Source of the DNA: an uncultured Candidatus Saccharibacteria bacterium
Lineage (GTDB): Bacteria > Patescibacteriota > Minisyncoccia > Phycocordibacterales > CAIZLB01
Length of the DNA stretch: 63,650 nt
NCBI GenBank assembly: GCA_964627085.1
Contig: CAZVIP010000001.1
Coordinates: 104,114-167,763 of the forward strand
Reading direction: 5' to 3'
Positions 55,092-63,592 of this stretch are shown in pieces (position 1 is the first letter of the stretch; each line of letters opens with the position of its first letter). The translations under genes were made by a program, and so were the position numbers. The notes beneath the pieces are model-generated. The model did not search any database, was not told where the DNA came from, and saw nothing but the letters and a program-made list of their open reading frames with translations.

Positions 55092-55206
55092 ATTGGTGTA
55101 AATCTCACTCAGAGTACTCTTGATTAGGGCTTTGACGGATAGATTTGGCAGGAACATGATAGGTTGACAAATCAGAAAACCGCGATAAAATAAGGATATT
55201 AACAAT

Positions 55207-55234
55207 AAAAACACCCCAGGGAAGGGGTGTTTTT
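55207..55234 (+). terminator. terminator upstream of secE
   Basis: aaaa-acacccc-agggaa-ggggtgt-tttt. Confidence 0.6.
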
Positions 55235-55249
55235 AAATAGAAAAATTAT

Positions 55250-55429
55250 ATGGCAGTAAATCAATATATTAAAGATACAATCTCGGAAATGAAGCACGTA
55301 AGCTGGCCTACTCGAAAGCAGGCAACTCTATATACTATTCTTGTCATTCTCATCTCTCTCGTCATTTCTGCATACCTAGGACTCCTCGATGCTCTCTTTG
55401 TTAAGTTGCTCAATGTGTTTATCAGTTAG
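55250..55429 (+). CDS. secE: preprotein translocase subunit SecE (59 aa; below the ORF-track cutoff)
   Basis: Translation is MAVNQYIKDTISEMKHVSWPTRKQATLYTILVILISLVISAYLGLLDALFVKLLNVFIS. It has the E..KV.WP.r.e motif and a single TM, and it lies directly upstream of nusG. Confidence 0.75.
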   Translation: MAVNQYIKDTISEMKHVSWPTRKQATLYTILVILISLVISAYLGLLDALFVKLLNVFIS

Positions 55430-55495
55430 ATAGAGGTTCTGTAGGGATTTTACGAACAAATATTTATAGGAGGTTAATAATTAATTAAAAATACT

Positions 55496-56038
55496 ATGTC
55501 AAAACAAGTAGAAGGCGATCGAAATTGGTATGCTATTCAGACATACTCTGGATACGAAAATGCGGTGATGAGAAACCTCAAACAGCGTATTGAATCTCTT
55601 GGTATGGAGGACAAAATTTTCAATGTCCTTGTCCCAACTGAAAAGAAAATCAAAATTAAGGGTGGAAAAAGAATTGAAGAAGAGGAAAAAATCTATCCAG
55701 GTTATGTTCTTGTAGACATGATTGTAACTGATGACTCATGGTATGTTGCCCGAAACACTCCTCGTGTAACAGGATTCGTTGGTTCTGGAAATATCCCAAG
55801 ACCTCTAGATAAAAACGAAATTGAAATGCTCTTCAAGCGCATGGGCTCTGAGCATGTAAAGCATACAACTGATCTTACAGTTGGTGACTTGGTCAATATC
55901 ACAGATGGTCCTTTCAAAGAAATGGAAGGTAAAGTCGCTGAAGTTGATGATGAGCGAGGTAAGGTCCGAGTTCTTGTATCAATGTTCGGTCGTGAGACTC
56001 CAGTTGAGCTCGACTTCTTGCAGGTGAGGAGAGTGTAG
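55496..56038 (+). CDS. nusG: transcription termination/antitermination protein NusG
   Basis: WYAIQTYSGYENAV (NGN domain) and C-terminal KOW (GDLVNITDGPFKEMEGKVAEVD). Confidence 0.9.
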   Translation: MSKQVEGDRNWYAIQTYSGYENAVMRNLKQRIESLGMEDKIFNVLVPTEKKIKIKGGKRIEEEEKIYPGYVLVDMIVTDDSWYVARNTPRVTGFVGSGNIPRPLDKNEIEMLFKRMGSEHVKHTTDLTVGDLVNITDGPFKEMEGKVAEVDDERGKVRVLVSMFGRETPVELDFLQVRRV

Positions 56039-56077
56039 GTTCTGAGGTTTGCCTCGGAGCGCACAGAGAGTATTTTT

Positions 56078-56110
56078 AACAAAAGACACCCGGTATGGGT
56101 GTTTTTTGTT
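56078..56110 (+). terminator. terminator after nusG
   Basis: aacaaaag-acaccc-ggtat-gggtgt-tttttgtt. Confidence 0.6.
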
Positions 56111-56148
56111 AAATTTGACAAGTATATACAAATGTATATACTCTAGAT

Positions 56149-56400
56149 ATGTCTACTGGCCAAGTAAAAAAATGGGGAAATAGCCTTGCAATTCGTCTAC
56201 CAAAAGAAGTGGTGGACAAATTAGGTGTTGTTGATGGCATGAATATTCAGATAGAAATTCATGATTTAAAAAAAGAGGTCACTATTCGCCCGCAAAGAAA
56301 AGTCATACCTCCTTTAGATGAACTGGTGAAGCAGATCACACCGGAGAATCTCCACCCTTTGTTCGATTGGGGCAAACCAAGAGGAAATGAATTTTGGTAG
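56149..56400 (+). CDS. mazE: AbrB/MazE/SpoVT-family antitoxin
   Basis: QVKKWGNSLAIRLPKEVVDKLGV is the swapped-hairpin barrel signature. 83 aa. Confidence 0.75.
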   Translation: MSTGQVKKWGNSLAIRLPKEVVDKLGVVDGMNIQIEIHDLKKEVTIRPQRKVIPPLDELVKQITPENLHPLFDWGKPRGNEFW

Positions 56401-56573
56401 GAGTGAGTGTCTGGTTGTTGTGTGCAATTTCACGTGTAATGTGTGACATGGCGCAACGTGATGTATCACACCAAGCGTAATACGAAATAATGCACGACGT
56501 TCTATAATTATTTATCAAAATTTAATCTCACATTGTCTATGATTAGATAATGAATTTTCCATCACCATTTTAT

Positions 56574-56915
56574 ATGTCAAACCTATATATTCCCGAGCGT
56601 GGCGATATTGTATGGATGGATTTTGACCCGGTCCTAGGTAGTGAGCAGGGTGGGAGACGGCCTGCGCTAATACTTACATATTCAAATTACAATGATCGCT
56701 CTGGGATCTGTGTAGTCTGTCCAATTACAACACAAACCAAGGGGTATCCATTTGAAGTGCGAATACCAGAGGGTCTATCTGTGGAGGGCTCAATCCTCAC
56801 AGACCAAATTAAATGCCAAGATTGGAGATATAGAAATATCCAAAAAATCACCTCCCTCCCGATAGATCAGATGACTGAGGTACAGGATGTGTTGAGGAGG
56901 CTGTTGTTGGATTAA
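56574..56915 (+). CDS. mazF: MazF/PemK-family endoribonuclease toxin
   Basis: YIPERGDIVWMDFDPVLGSEQGGRRPALILT...VCPITTQTKGYPFEV. The start is the internal ATG; the ORF is open from 56550. Confidence 0.8.
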   Translation: MSNLYIPERGDIVWMDFDPVLGSEQGGRRPALILTYSNYNDRSGICVVCPITTQTKGYPFEVRIPEGLSVEGSILTDQIKCQDWRYRNIQKITSLPIDQMTEVQDVLRRLLLD

Positions 56916-57321
56916 TACTCGGTTAGTGTGCAGAGATGGGTCTAACATATGACACGATAAGGATCGTCTTTTTGCTAGAGCGTCCAAGCTATTGAGCCAC
57001 TGCGCCCCCTTGCAAAAACCCCCAAAAATCAGTACTATAGTGCCACTGCTTCTAAGTACGTGCCGATGCGTAACAGACAAGGGTACTATTATATTCCTTC
57101 TGGATTCTGCCTAATTTCTTCAATATATCATTGAGAAATTAATGGCAGGCTCCAAATAAGGATATATCAGACGCTCCTGAATCTATATCGGAAGACCTTT
57201 GTATCAGATGGGCAACAGAGGGAATATGTGTGGAAAGGCTTGCGCAGAAATGCTTGAACTCTTTTCTCCATAAATTTCCCAAAAAGTTCAACATATATTT
57301 ATTATAATTTCATATATCAAC

Positions 57322-57747
57322 ATGGCTAAAAAAGTAATTAAGTCTCTAAAGCTCCAGATTCCTGCAGCAAAAGCAAACCCAGCTCCACCAGTAGGTCCAG
57401 CTCTCGGTCAGGCAGGTGTAAACATTGGTGAATTCGTAAAACGATTCAACGATGCCACACAGTCTATGATTGGTGACATTATCCCAGTAGTTATTTCAGT
57501 TTTCGAAGACCGAACTTTTGATTTCGTTCTCAAAACTCCTCCTGCTGCAAACCTTGTTAAAAAGGCTATCGGTATCGAGTCAGGTTCTGGCGCACCAAAT
57601 GCAAAGAAGGTTGGAAAAATCACACGAGCACAAGTTCGAGAAATCGCTGAGCGAAAAATGGTAGACATGAACGCAAAGGATATCGAAGGTGCTATGAAAA
57701 TGATTGAAGGTACATGCCGATCACTCGGTGTGACTGTTACAGAGTAA
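57322..57747 (+). CDS. rplK: 50S ribosomal protein L11
   Basis: [43 protein letters not shown]... Confidence 0.95.
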   Translation: MAKKVIKSLKLQIPAAKANPAPPVGPALGQAGVNIGEFVKRFNDATQSMIGDIIPVVISVFEDRTFDFVLKTPPAANLVKKAIGIESGSGAPNAKKVGKITRAQVREIAERKMVDMNAKDIEGAMKMIEGTCRSLGVTVTE

Positions 57748-57875
57748 TCTGAAATCACCTGAAATTTTCGATGTGATTCACTCATGTGAACACAAAACAA
57801 AACACCATCCGCGAGGGCGGTGTTTTGTTTTCGGTCATTTGCGGTAAGGGTAGGTGGCTTGTATACTTTGACTAT

Positions 57876-59099
57876 ATGAAAGAAATGCCAATCCAGAGAT
57901 TTGATGTCGGACAAGATGGGGTGTCAGTACAAGAGTCAGGTAGTCAAGATAATTCAGAAAAAGAAGCAGAATTTAAACGCTGGGCAAGTACCGAGTTAGA
58001 TATTGGATTAGGTGCACTTTCTCCGCATGAGGTTTTTTATACAAGAAGAGCTTATGAATCAAGTGACGATCAAGGGAAGAAAAATCTCGGACATTTCCTC
58101 GGGCACTATGAGATCGCGGGGTCTGCTGTGCTTGTGGCCGCAGAATACCATCCTGAAATTACCAATACCTTGGTCTCTGGTTTTGCTACAGGAAAAGGTA
58201 TTACTGGTGATGAACTATATGGACAGGCTGCAACAGAGAGCTTTTATGTGTACGAAAGGACGCAAAAGGGCAAGGAATTTCGTGCAATGCTCCAAGAGTT
58301 CAGTCTTCTGTTCTCATCAATTGAGGATGTAACTGCTTTGATTTCAGAATCAGATTTGGACTGTGATAAAAAAGCGCTGAGTGAGCAGCTGTTTGAGGCT
58401 TTTGCTCGAAAGGGTGCAGATTTAGTTAAATTTTTTACCATGATACAGGAAGGTGATCTGCGCGCAAGTGAATACAATGTTGAGGATGTGAATACAGCGA
58501 TGAAGGCTTATTCAAGAACTCTTTTATTGCTTAGAAATTTCTTTTACACCGATTTGAGGGAAAACGGTGCACAGAAATTTGAAAAATACCCCGTCAAGAA
58601 AGGTCAGTCACCAAAATATAAAGTTACTGATAAATTTACTGGTTTTGTAAGTGAGATGAAATGGTTTATTCGACCACAGGCAGACAAAGATGGACAGGCA
58701 CGTATAAGTGTTGAGATTAATTTTGATACAGAGAGCCCAGATCCTGCATTCAAAGAGCTTTTTGAACAAACAACTACAAGACTTAAAGATGGCCAGGCTA
58801 TAAAGGAAGAAAAAAATAGCACATTTAGATTGAGTGTAGATAGGGATACAACTAATCCAGAGCAACCAATTGTGTCGCTTGATATTGGTAGGGCACAGTT
58901 TTCGGGTACAACATTTATACGTACCGGTGATAAATTTGGAAATATGCTCGCAACTGTTTCAACAGAGGCAAACCATACACCTTTTTCATTTGATCCAAAC
59001 TTTGCACAAGAAGACATCTTTGGATCTATCGCTTCAAAATTTGAGCAGTATATCTCTGGCCCTCAGACCACAGAATCTCAAACAGAGCATCAAATGTAG
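57876..59099 (+). CDS. hypothetical protein (407 aa), no recognisable family
   Basis: Starts after a hairpin/T-run at about 57800-57832 that follows rplK. No motifs recognised. Confidence 0.5.
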   Translation: MKEMPIQRFDVGQDGVSVQESGSQDNSEKEAEFKRWASTELDIGLGALSPHEVFYTRRAYESSDDQGKKNLGHFLGHYEIAGSAVLVAAEYHPEITNTLVSGFATGKGITGDELYGQAATESFYVYERTQKGKEFRAMLQEFSLLFSSIEDVTALISESDLDCDKKALSEQLFEAFARKGADLVKFFTMIQEGDLRASEYNVEDVNTAMKAYSRTLLLLRNFFYTDLRENGAQKFEKYPVKKGQSPKYKVTDKFTGFVSEMKWFIRPQADKDGQARISVEINFDTESPDPAFKELFEQTTTRLKDGQAIKEEKNSTFRLSVDRDTTNPEQPIVSLDIGRAQFSGTTFIRTGDKFGNMLATVSTEANHTPFSFDPNFAQEDIFGSIASKFEQYISGPQTTESQTEHQM

Positions 59100-59817
59100 T
59101 TTTAATATCTGGGTTTTGGATAATTGTAGTCACAAGGAATTCTCCATATGAAGTTAGGGCAACTTTGTCACCATAGATAATGATCTGAGCAGGGATTGAA
59201 AGTTTTTCTTTTGGTAATAGCACACGATTAACGTTTCGTGTGGTGTCTTCGGTCTTCATTGTTATTTCACTATCTTTTTCATGTGGGGTGATGGCTCTTG
59301 CTTCAATGCCTGCTGCAATTTGCTTTTTGATTTGTCTTTCAACAAGTGCGGCTAGCTCAGGTCCTTTATTGTCAAAAGGAGAGCGAATCAGTTTGATCGG
59401 TTTACCTTCTAGTAGGATATCTTCATATAAACTCTCGATACCAGCAATGCCTTCAAGGAAGCGGGTATTTGGCCTACCTGAATACATATTGTAATCAGAG
59501 ACCATGCTGCCGAGTACGGTATTCAGGCTCTTTTCAGCTAGATTTAAGGTTTCCTTTCGTTTTTCTATAGTTTCCGTGAGTTTTTGTGGATGGGCAGGGG
59601 AAAAGAGCGCCACCTTCTTATCTATCTTCTCGATAAGGCCCAGTGCTAGTAATTGGTCTATTACCTTGTAGCAGAGGCCTCTTTTCATATTGCTTAATTG
59701 ACTGATTTTACGAGCGGGGAGCACGCCATTTTTGAGGAGGATTTCATATATTTGTGATTGTTCAAGGCTAAGTCCTGCACCTGCAAGGAAGTCTTTGTAT
59801 ATATTTGTCATATTCAT
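59026..59817 (-). CDS. TrmB-family transcriptional regulator (paralog of 15905..16657)
   Basis: Winged HTH LSLEQSQIYEILLKNGVLPARKISQLSNMKRGLCYKVIDQLLALGLIEK plus a C-terminal domain. Its 3' end overlaps the convergent gene by 74 nt. Confidence 0.65.
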   Translation of the reverse strand: MNMTNIYKDFLAGAGLSLEQSQIYEILLKNGVLPARKISQLSNMKRGLCYKVIDQLLALGLIEKIDKKVALFSPAHPQKLTETIEKRKETLNLAEKSLNTVLGSMVSDYNMYSGRPNTRFLEGIAGIESLYEDILLEGKPIKLIRSPFDNKGPELAALVERQIKKQIAAGIEARAITPHEKDSEITMKTEDTTRNVNRVLLPKEKLSIPAQIIIYGDKVALTSYGEFLVTTIIQNPDIKTTFDALFEILWSEGQRYTAQILKR

Positions 59818-60667
59818 ATGACAATAATATCATTATTTTAGTATGATGCATAGTAAATAAGGGTATTATGTGGATAACTTTTGTCATAAAGTGTCACAGA
59901 CATGTTGACAGTACCGCATACGCATGTTATCGTATTGTCAGAACATAAGGGAACAAAAGGATAGCTAAAAGCAACCAGATGAACCTAAACGAAGAACATT
60001 ACAAAAGAGGTGAATAAAAATTTGTTTCTCAAACTCTGATTTAGCTATATTGTCTCATTCAATAGAACGCAGACAGTTTAGTTAGAAGGTGACCACAGCC
60101 GGTAAGTGTGGATAGAGGAGAGAGTGAGAGAAATGTAGGGTGTAGACATCAGGCTTTGATACATTGATCTGATTTGGACAAAATTCAAATCAGACAATCG
60201 GTATCTTGGTTGGATCATCCATTCTTGAAAACCAAATTTTTGAACATCTATTTCCAATTTGAATCGGCGACTTGCACAAGGGCTCGGAAATCCCAAGCAA
60301 CAAGCCTCGACCTATAAGGAAGATTCAACAAACGATTACTTGATATACCAGCTCTGTGTCCTTTGTCTAAAAACATTGAGATATACATGGAACATATCGA
60401 GGGGATATCGTGGGTATCAAAGACTTAACCACTCTTGGATATCTAAATATCCCATTTGGATAACTTTCTGAGGAGAGAGTAACCAAAATCGAGGGATAGT
60501 GAGACGATCGCGTCGCACTATGGATTTTGAAAATTTCATAATTCAATATCTTTGACACGAGTAATACTTGTGAACAAACAAAGGTGGCGAATACCTAAAA
60601 CAAACAGCGATGCACCAAAGTGATGCTAAGAGGTTTGTTTTGTAAGTACTGAATACTGATTCAGTGT

Positions 60668-60837
60668 CTTATTCACCCCGCAAACAATTGTTGGGTGATA
60701 AGTTCAAACCGGGAGGCAACTCCCAATACACTTCTTGTTGTGTATATAAAAATGTAGGTCAACAAAAAACAGAATCCTACAAAAAACAAGAAACGACGTT
60801 TTCAACCGCGTCGAGAAATAAAGGGGGAAGTATTGTT
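60668..60837 (+). repeat. 170-bp leader module L, copy 1 (upstream of small gene A)
   Basis: cttattcaccccgcaaacaattgttgggtgataagttcaaaccgggaggcaactcccaatacacttcttgttgtgtat...gaaacgacgttttcaaccgcgtcgagaaataaaggggg. It is near-identical to 62549-62718 apart from small indels that break any common reading frame. Confidence 0.85.
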
Positions 60838-61143
60838 ATGTTTAGTTTTTTAAAACGTTTCTTTGGAAAAAAAGCTGCAGGCAAAGTTCAAATTCAGCCC
60901 CCTACTTGGGTGACTGCTCCTAAGCAAGAGGGGTGGGATGCCTCAATACAGGTTGCTCGCATCGACCCTGTCGATGCGAGACGCTGGGCAGATAAACTCA
61001 GTTCACCAGCTGTTCCATACTGGTTCAGTGCTGTCGGAACCGATGAGCAGCACTGTCAGCAGTGCACGGCTACGGTCTCATTGAAGGAAGGGGCTTCACT
61101 CGAAGAGATCAAGGGATGGGTTAAAGAAAATTACCCTGCTTGA
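60838..61143 (+). CDS. small hypothetical protein A (101 aa), N-terminus MFSFLKRFFGKK
   Basis: An ATG preceded by aaggggg, 9 nt upstream. GC-rich coding. It shares only its first 5-6 codons with gene C. Confidence 0.55.
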   Translation: MFSFLKRFFGKKAAGKVQIQPPTWVTAPKQEGWDASIQVARIDPVDARRWADKLSSPAVPYWFSAVGTDEQHCQQCTATVSLKEGASLEEIKGWVKENYPA

Positions 61144-61149
61144 TTGGTC

Positions 61150-61206
61150 ATCCCGCGTCACCTGCAAAGTGGTGAGTTTTATTTGTTGGCAAACAAACAG
61201 TTGGTT
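61150..61206 (+). repeat. trailer module T1, copy 1
   Basis: atcccgcgtcacctgcaaagtggtgagttttatttgttggcaaacaaacagttggtt contains the hairpin tcacc-tgcaaag-tggtga and recurs at 63593-63650. Confidence 0.8.
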
Positions 61207-61479
61207 CAGGGGATTAATTCCTCCGACGCGCACCATGGTGGTGCAACTGAGGGAAGCGCGTAAGTCTTCCCTCAAATTATTCAGGATGAAAGCGTAACGT
61301 TTTTATCCTGATAGTTTTTTATTCATATGACATTCATATTTCGACAGGTGAAGAGCGGGGATACTAGTGCCCGCTATCTCCACCTGTTGAGAATCTATTC
61401 AAAGACAGTTAACAACAAAACAAAACTGTTCTGCGATCCAAAAGTGGTCGCAGGTGTTTTTGATAGGTGGAATTGATAT

Positions 61480-62400
61480 ATGTATAAATTCGCTTTACTC
61501 GATCCACGGAGCATCCCAGCCGCCGGCGAAGCCAATGATAAGGTGTTCGTTGATTTAGTTTACGGTATCGAAGTTACAGTGCCTGCTCTCGCAAAGCGCT
61601 GCGCCTTCAACCTCGACCCCCAACACACTGGCGGTGACGCCGGCCGTGCAGCTATCGAAGATGCGATGATGGTCGAACTTCCCAGCGAGGATTACACTCT
61701 CGCGACAGTTCGTCCTGATTTGGATGCGATAGGCACCATGGCAATCTTCAATCTTCGGGCAAAAGGCGAAAGTCTTGAGTCTGTAATGGAGCGAGTTGTA
61801 ATGGTTGCCAATGCCGACAAGTTTGCACGCGGCGGTTACACTGGCCCGAAGCCCCTCCCAACACGGGACAACCCGTGGGACGAAAGCTCGGCAACGGCCG
61901 AGTCTTCACGTCCGCTCGCAGCAATAGCATCAGCGGTCATGGACTTCAAGGTCTCGGTGACCGACCGCGTCGCCGTGATGGAAAAATGGTTGTTGAAAGG
62001 TGAGGAACCTCAACAATATCGCGAATCCGTTGAGAAGGAGCGGCTTGATTTAATCACCGCACTCGAAAGTGGAGCGATCAAATACGAGACTTGCTCCGAA
62101 GGCAGAATTGCGGTGGTGGAGAGCACCCATCGTGCAGCTACCCTGGTTGGCTACTCGTTAGCTCCAGTGGTGATCGCGCGCAACCCGGCCTTCAAGATGG
62201 GTGGTGGCGAGGCGCATGTGAAATTCACAGTCTGTGCCTTCGAGCCGAAGTTTGCAGATATCAAGTCTGCACTCGCCGAACTCGCAACACTCGAGGCTGG
62301 ATGGGGAGGGTCTCCAACGATTGGCGGTTCTCCGCAAGGGGTTTCTTCAACGCTTACTCTTGACCAGGTGATCGAAGTGGTGAGTCGTCACCTCAAATAG
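61480..62400 (+). CDS. hypothetical protein B (306 aa); weak DHH/DHHA1-like phosphoesterase features
   Basis: GC-rich ORF (35/60 in the line starting at 61621). Possible metal motifs are NLDPQH and RPDLDAIG, and a C-terminal GWGGSPTIGGSPQG is reminiscent of the GGGH motif region. This is weak evidence. Confidence 0.55.
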   Translation: MYKFALLDPRSIPAAGEANDKVFVDLVYGIEVTVPALAKRCAFNLDPQHTGGDAGRAAIEDAMMVELPSEDYTLATVRPDLDAIGTMAIFNLRAKGESLESVMERVVMVANADKFARGGYTGPKPLPTRDNPWDESSATAESSRPLAAIASAVMDFKVSVTDRVAVMEKWLLKGEEPQQYRESVEKERLDLITALESGAIKYETCSEGRIAVVESTHRAATLVGYSLAPVVIARNPAFKMGGGEAHVKFTVCAFEPKFADIKSALAELATLEAGWGGSPTIGGSPQGVSSTLTLDQVIEVVSRHLK

Positions 62401-62416
62401 TTTACTCAACGTGGAC

Positions 62417-62553
62417 ATGAGTTTCTCTTTTCTCATAAATAGAAAAAAATAGATGCCCTACACAAGAATGTGGGTTGGACGCTGAAATGCGTTTTGTAAA
62501 ACTGGCTTGGTAGCCGGTGCTTTCGCAGAATTCAAGAAAATTCTGCATCTTAT
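62417..62553 (+). repeat. module R2, copy 1 (about 137 bp), fused directly to leader L copy 2
   Basis: atgagtttctcttttctcataaatagaaaaaaatagatgccctacacaagaatgtgggttggacgctgaaatgcgttttgtaaaactggcttggtagccggtgctttcgcagaattcaagaaaattctgcatcttat recurs at 63045-63181 with about 4 substitutions. Confidence 0.85.
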
Positions 62554-62718
62554 TCACCCCGCAAACAATTGTTGGGTGATAAGTTCAAAACCGGGAGACA
62601 ACTCCCAATACACTTCTTGTTGTGTATATCAAATGTGGGTCAACAAAAATAGAATCCTACAAAATAACAAGAAACGACGTTTTCAACCGCGTCGAAAAAT
62701 AAAGGGGGAATAATAAGT
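62549..62718 (+). repeat. leader module L, copy 2 (upstream of small gene C)
   Basis: See copy 1. It ends with aaataaagggggaataataagt followed by GTG. Confidence 0.85.
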
Positions 62719-63039
62719 GTGTTTAGTTTCTTAAGAAAATTTATTGACAACGTAAGTGGGAAGTGGGTCGTAGAAATCACAACAAAATCCAACCAAGGTG
62801 ACACTATCCTGTGTCGCCTAGGTTGTCAGAGAGAAGGTGTCACAGGCCCATTGAGGCCTGTATTCGTCCGTGGTGTGACTCTGGCAGAGGAGGTGGTAAA
62901 AAAGATAAACATACACCTCCAACAAAATGAACAGTGGACTGCATGTAAGGCAGTTGCCACTATCAGGCTGGCAACCCCAGAGGAATCTCGGGTTGCGATC
63001 GAATATTGCTGCTTAAGGGGTAGCGTAATTCTTGAGTAA
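62719..63039 (+). CDS. small hypothetical protein C (106 aa), N-terminus MFSFLRKF (GTG start)
   Basis: Same leader and same first codons as gene A, but an unrelated body. Confidence 0.5.
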   Translation: MFSFLRKFIDNVSGKWVVEITTKSNQGDTILCRLGCQREGVTGPLRPVFVRGVTLAEEVVKKINIHLQQNEQWTACKAVATIRLATPEESRVAIEYCCLRGSVILE

Positions 63040-63044
63040 TACAA

Positions 63045-63181
63045 ATGAGTTTCTCTTTTCTCATAAATAGAAAAAAAGAGATGTCCTACACAAGAATGTG
63101 GGTTGGACGCTGAAATACGTTTTGTAAAACTGGCTTGGTAGCCGGTGCTTTCGCAGAATTCAAGAAAATTCTGCATCTTAT
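63045..63181 (+). repeat. module R2, copy 2
   Basis: See copy 1. Here it is followed by unrelated sequence instead of leader L. Confidence 0.85.
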
Positions 63182-63239
63182 CCGGAACATAATTTCTTAA
63201 AGCTCAATAGTATGAGACGAGAAATTGTGATTCGGTAGG

Positions 63240-63590
63240 ATGAAAACCTATGTCAAATCAAATCGACCACGTGGATACAATCGCGGGTACAAAGGGGAAG
63301 ATCCTTTGGGTGGTATGAAAGTCTTGCTTTGCAGGATGTTTGAGGTCTCTGGAATAATTTCCGGAGACACCCAGGTAAAGTTTGGCAAATTTTGCCAAAC
63401 TTTCGAGGAAGCACAGGGCTTCCCTCCAGAGCCTGGGGTGTATGTCGCCGACTTGACCTCGACCGAGGTCAAGGAAGTCACCCTTAAAGAGGGTGACACG
63501 GCAGAGGCCCTACTGGATCGGATGCAGACAAACCCCATCGGAGGATTGGAAACCTGGGGCGACTGGCTTCAGAGGTTGGTAAATCTCTAA
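63240..63590 (+). CDS. small hypothetical protein D (116 aa)
   Basis: GC-rich ORF followed 3 nt later by trailer T1 copy 2. Its C-terminal VTLKEGDTAEALL resembles VSLKEGASLEEI of protein A. Confidence 0.5.
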   Translation: MKTYVKSNRPRGYNRGYKGEDPLGGMKVLLCRMFEVSGIISGDTQVKFGKFCQTFEEAQGFPPEPGVYVADLTSTEVKEVTLKEGDTAEALLDRMQTNPIGGLETWGDWLQRLVNL

Positions 63591-63592
63591 TA

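Noticed and set aside
56960-57012. A tRNA-like fragment on the minus strand upstream of rplK (gggggcgcagtggctcaatagcttggacgctctagc).
   Set aside because: It has an acceptor-like G-run and a D-loop-like GCTCAAT, but no complementary D-stem strand, anticodon arm or T-arm. It does not fold as a cloverleaf. At most it is a decayed remnant.
57408-57914. Long antisense or shadow ORFs opposite well-supported genes, for example 57408..57914, 55702..56121, 940..1356, the 5' part of 3055..3663, 14360..14821, 13140..13511 and 29369..29797.
   Set aside because: Each lies entirely opposite to, or out of frame with, a gene that has strong family motifs. They have no motifs of their own and show repeat- or composition-driven openness.
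59026-59099. The 74-nt convergent overlap of the 407-aa ORF and the TrmB-family gene, considered as a sign of a frameshift or mis-call.
   Set aside because: Both reading frames are continuous and both 3' ends look like ordinary C-termini. The overlap may be real or one stop may be read differently, and there is not enough evidence for a special mechanism.
60668-63181. The repeated L and R2 modules interpreted as a DGR template/variable repeat pair.
   Set aside because: The differences between copies are indels and mixed substitutions, not adenine-specific. The repeats are not at the 3' end of a target ORF. No reverse transcriptase or Avd-like gene is present in the window.
61150-63181. T1 and R2 modules interpreted as integron attC sites in a cassette array.
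   Set aside because: Neither module is an imperfect palindrome with RYYYAAC / GTTRRRY ends. No intI gene or attI is seen. R2 and L are fused in one case, which is not attC-like.
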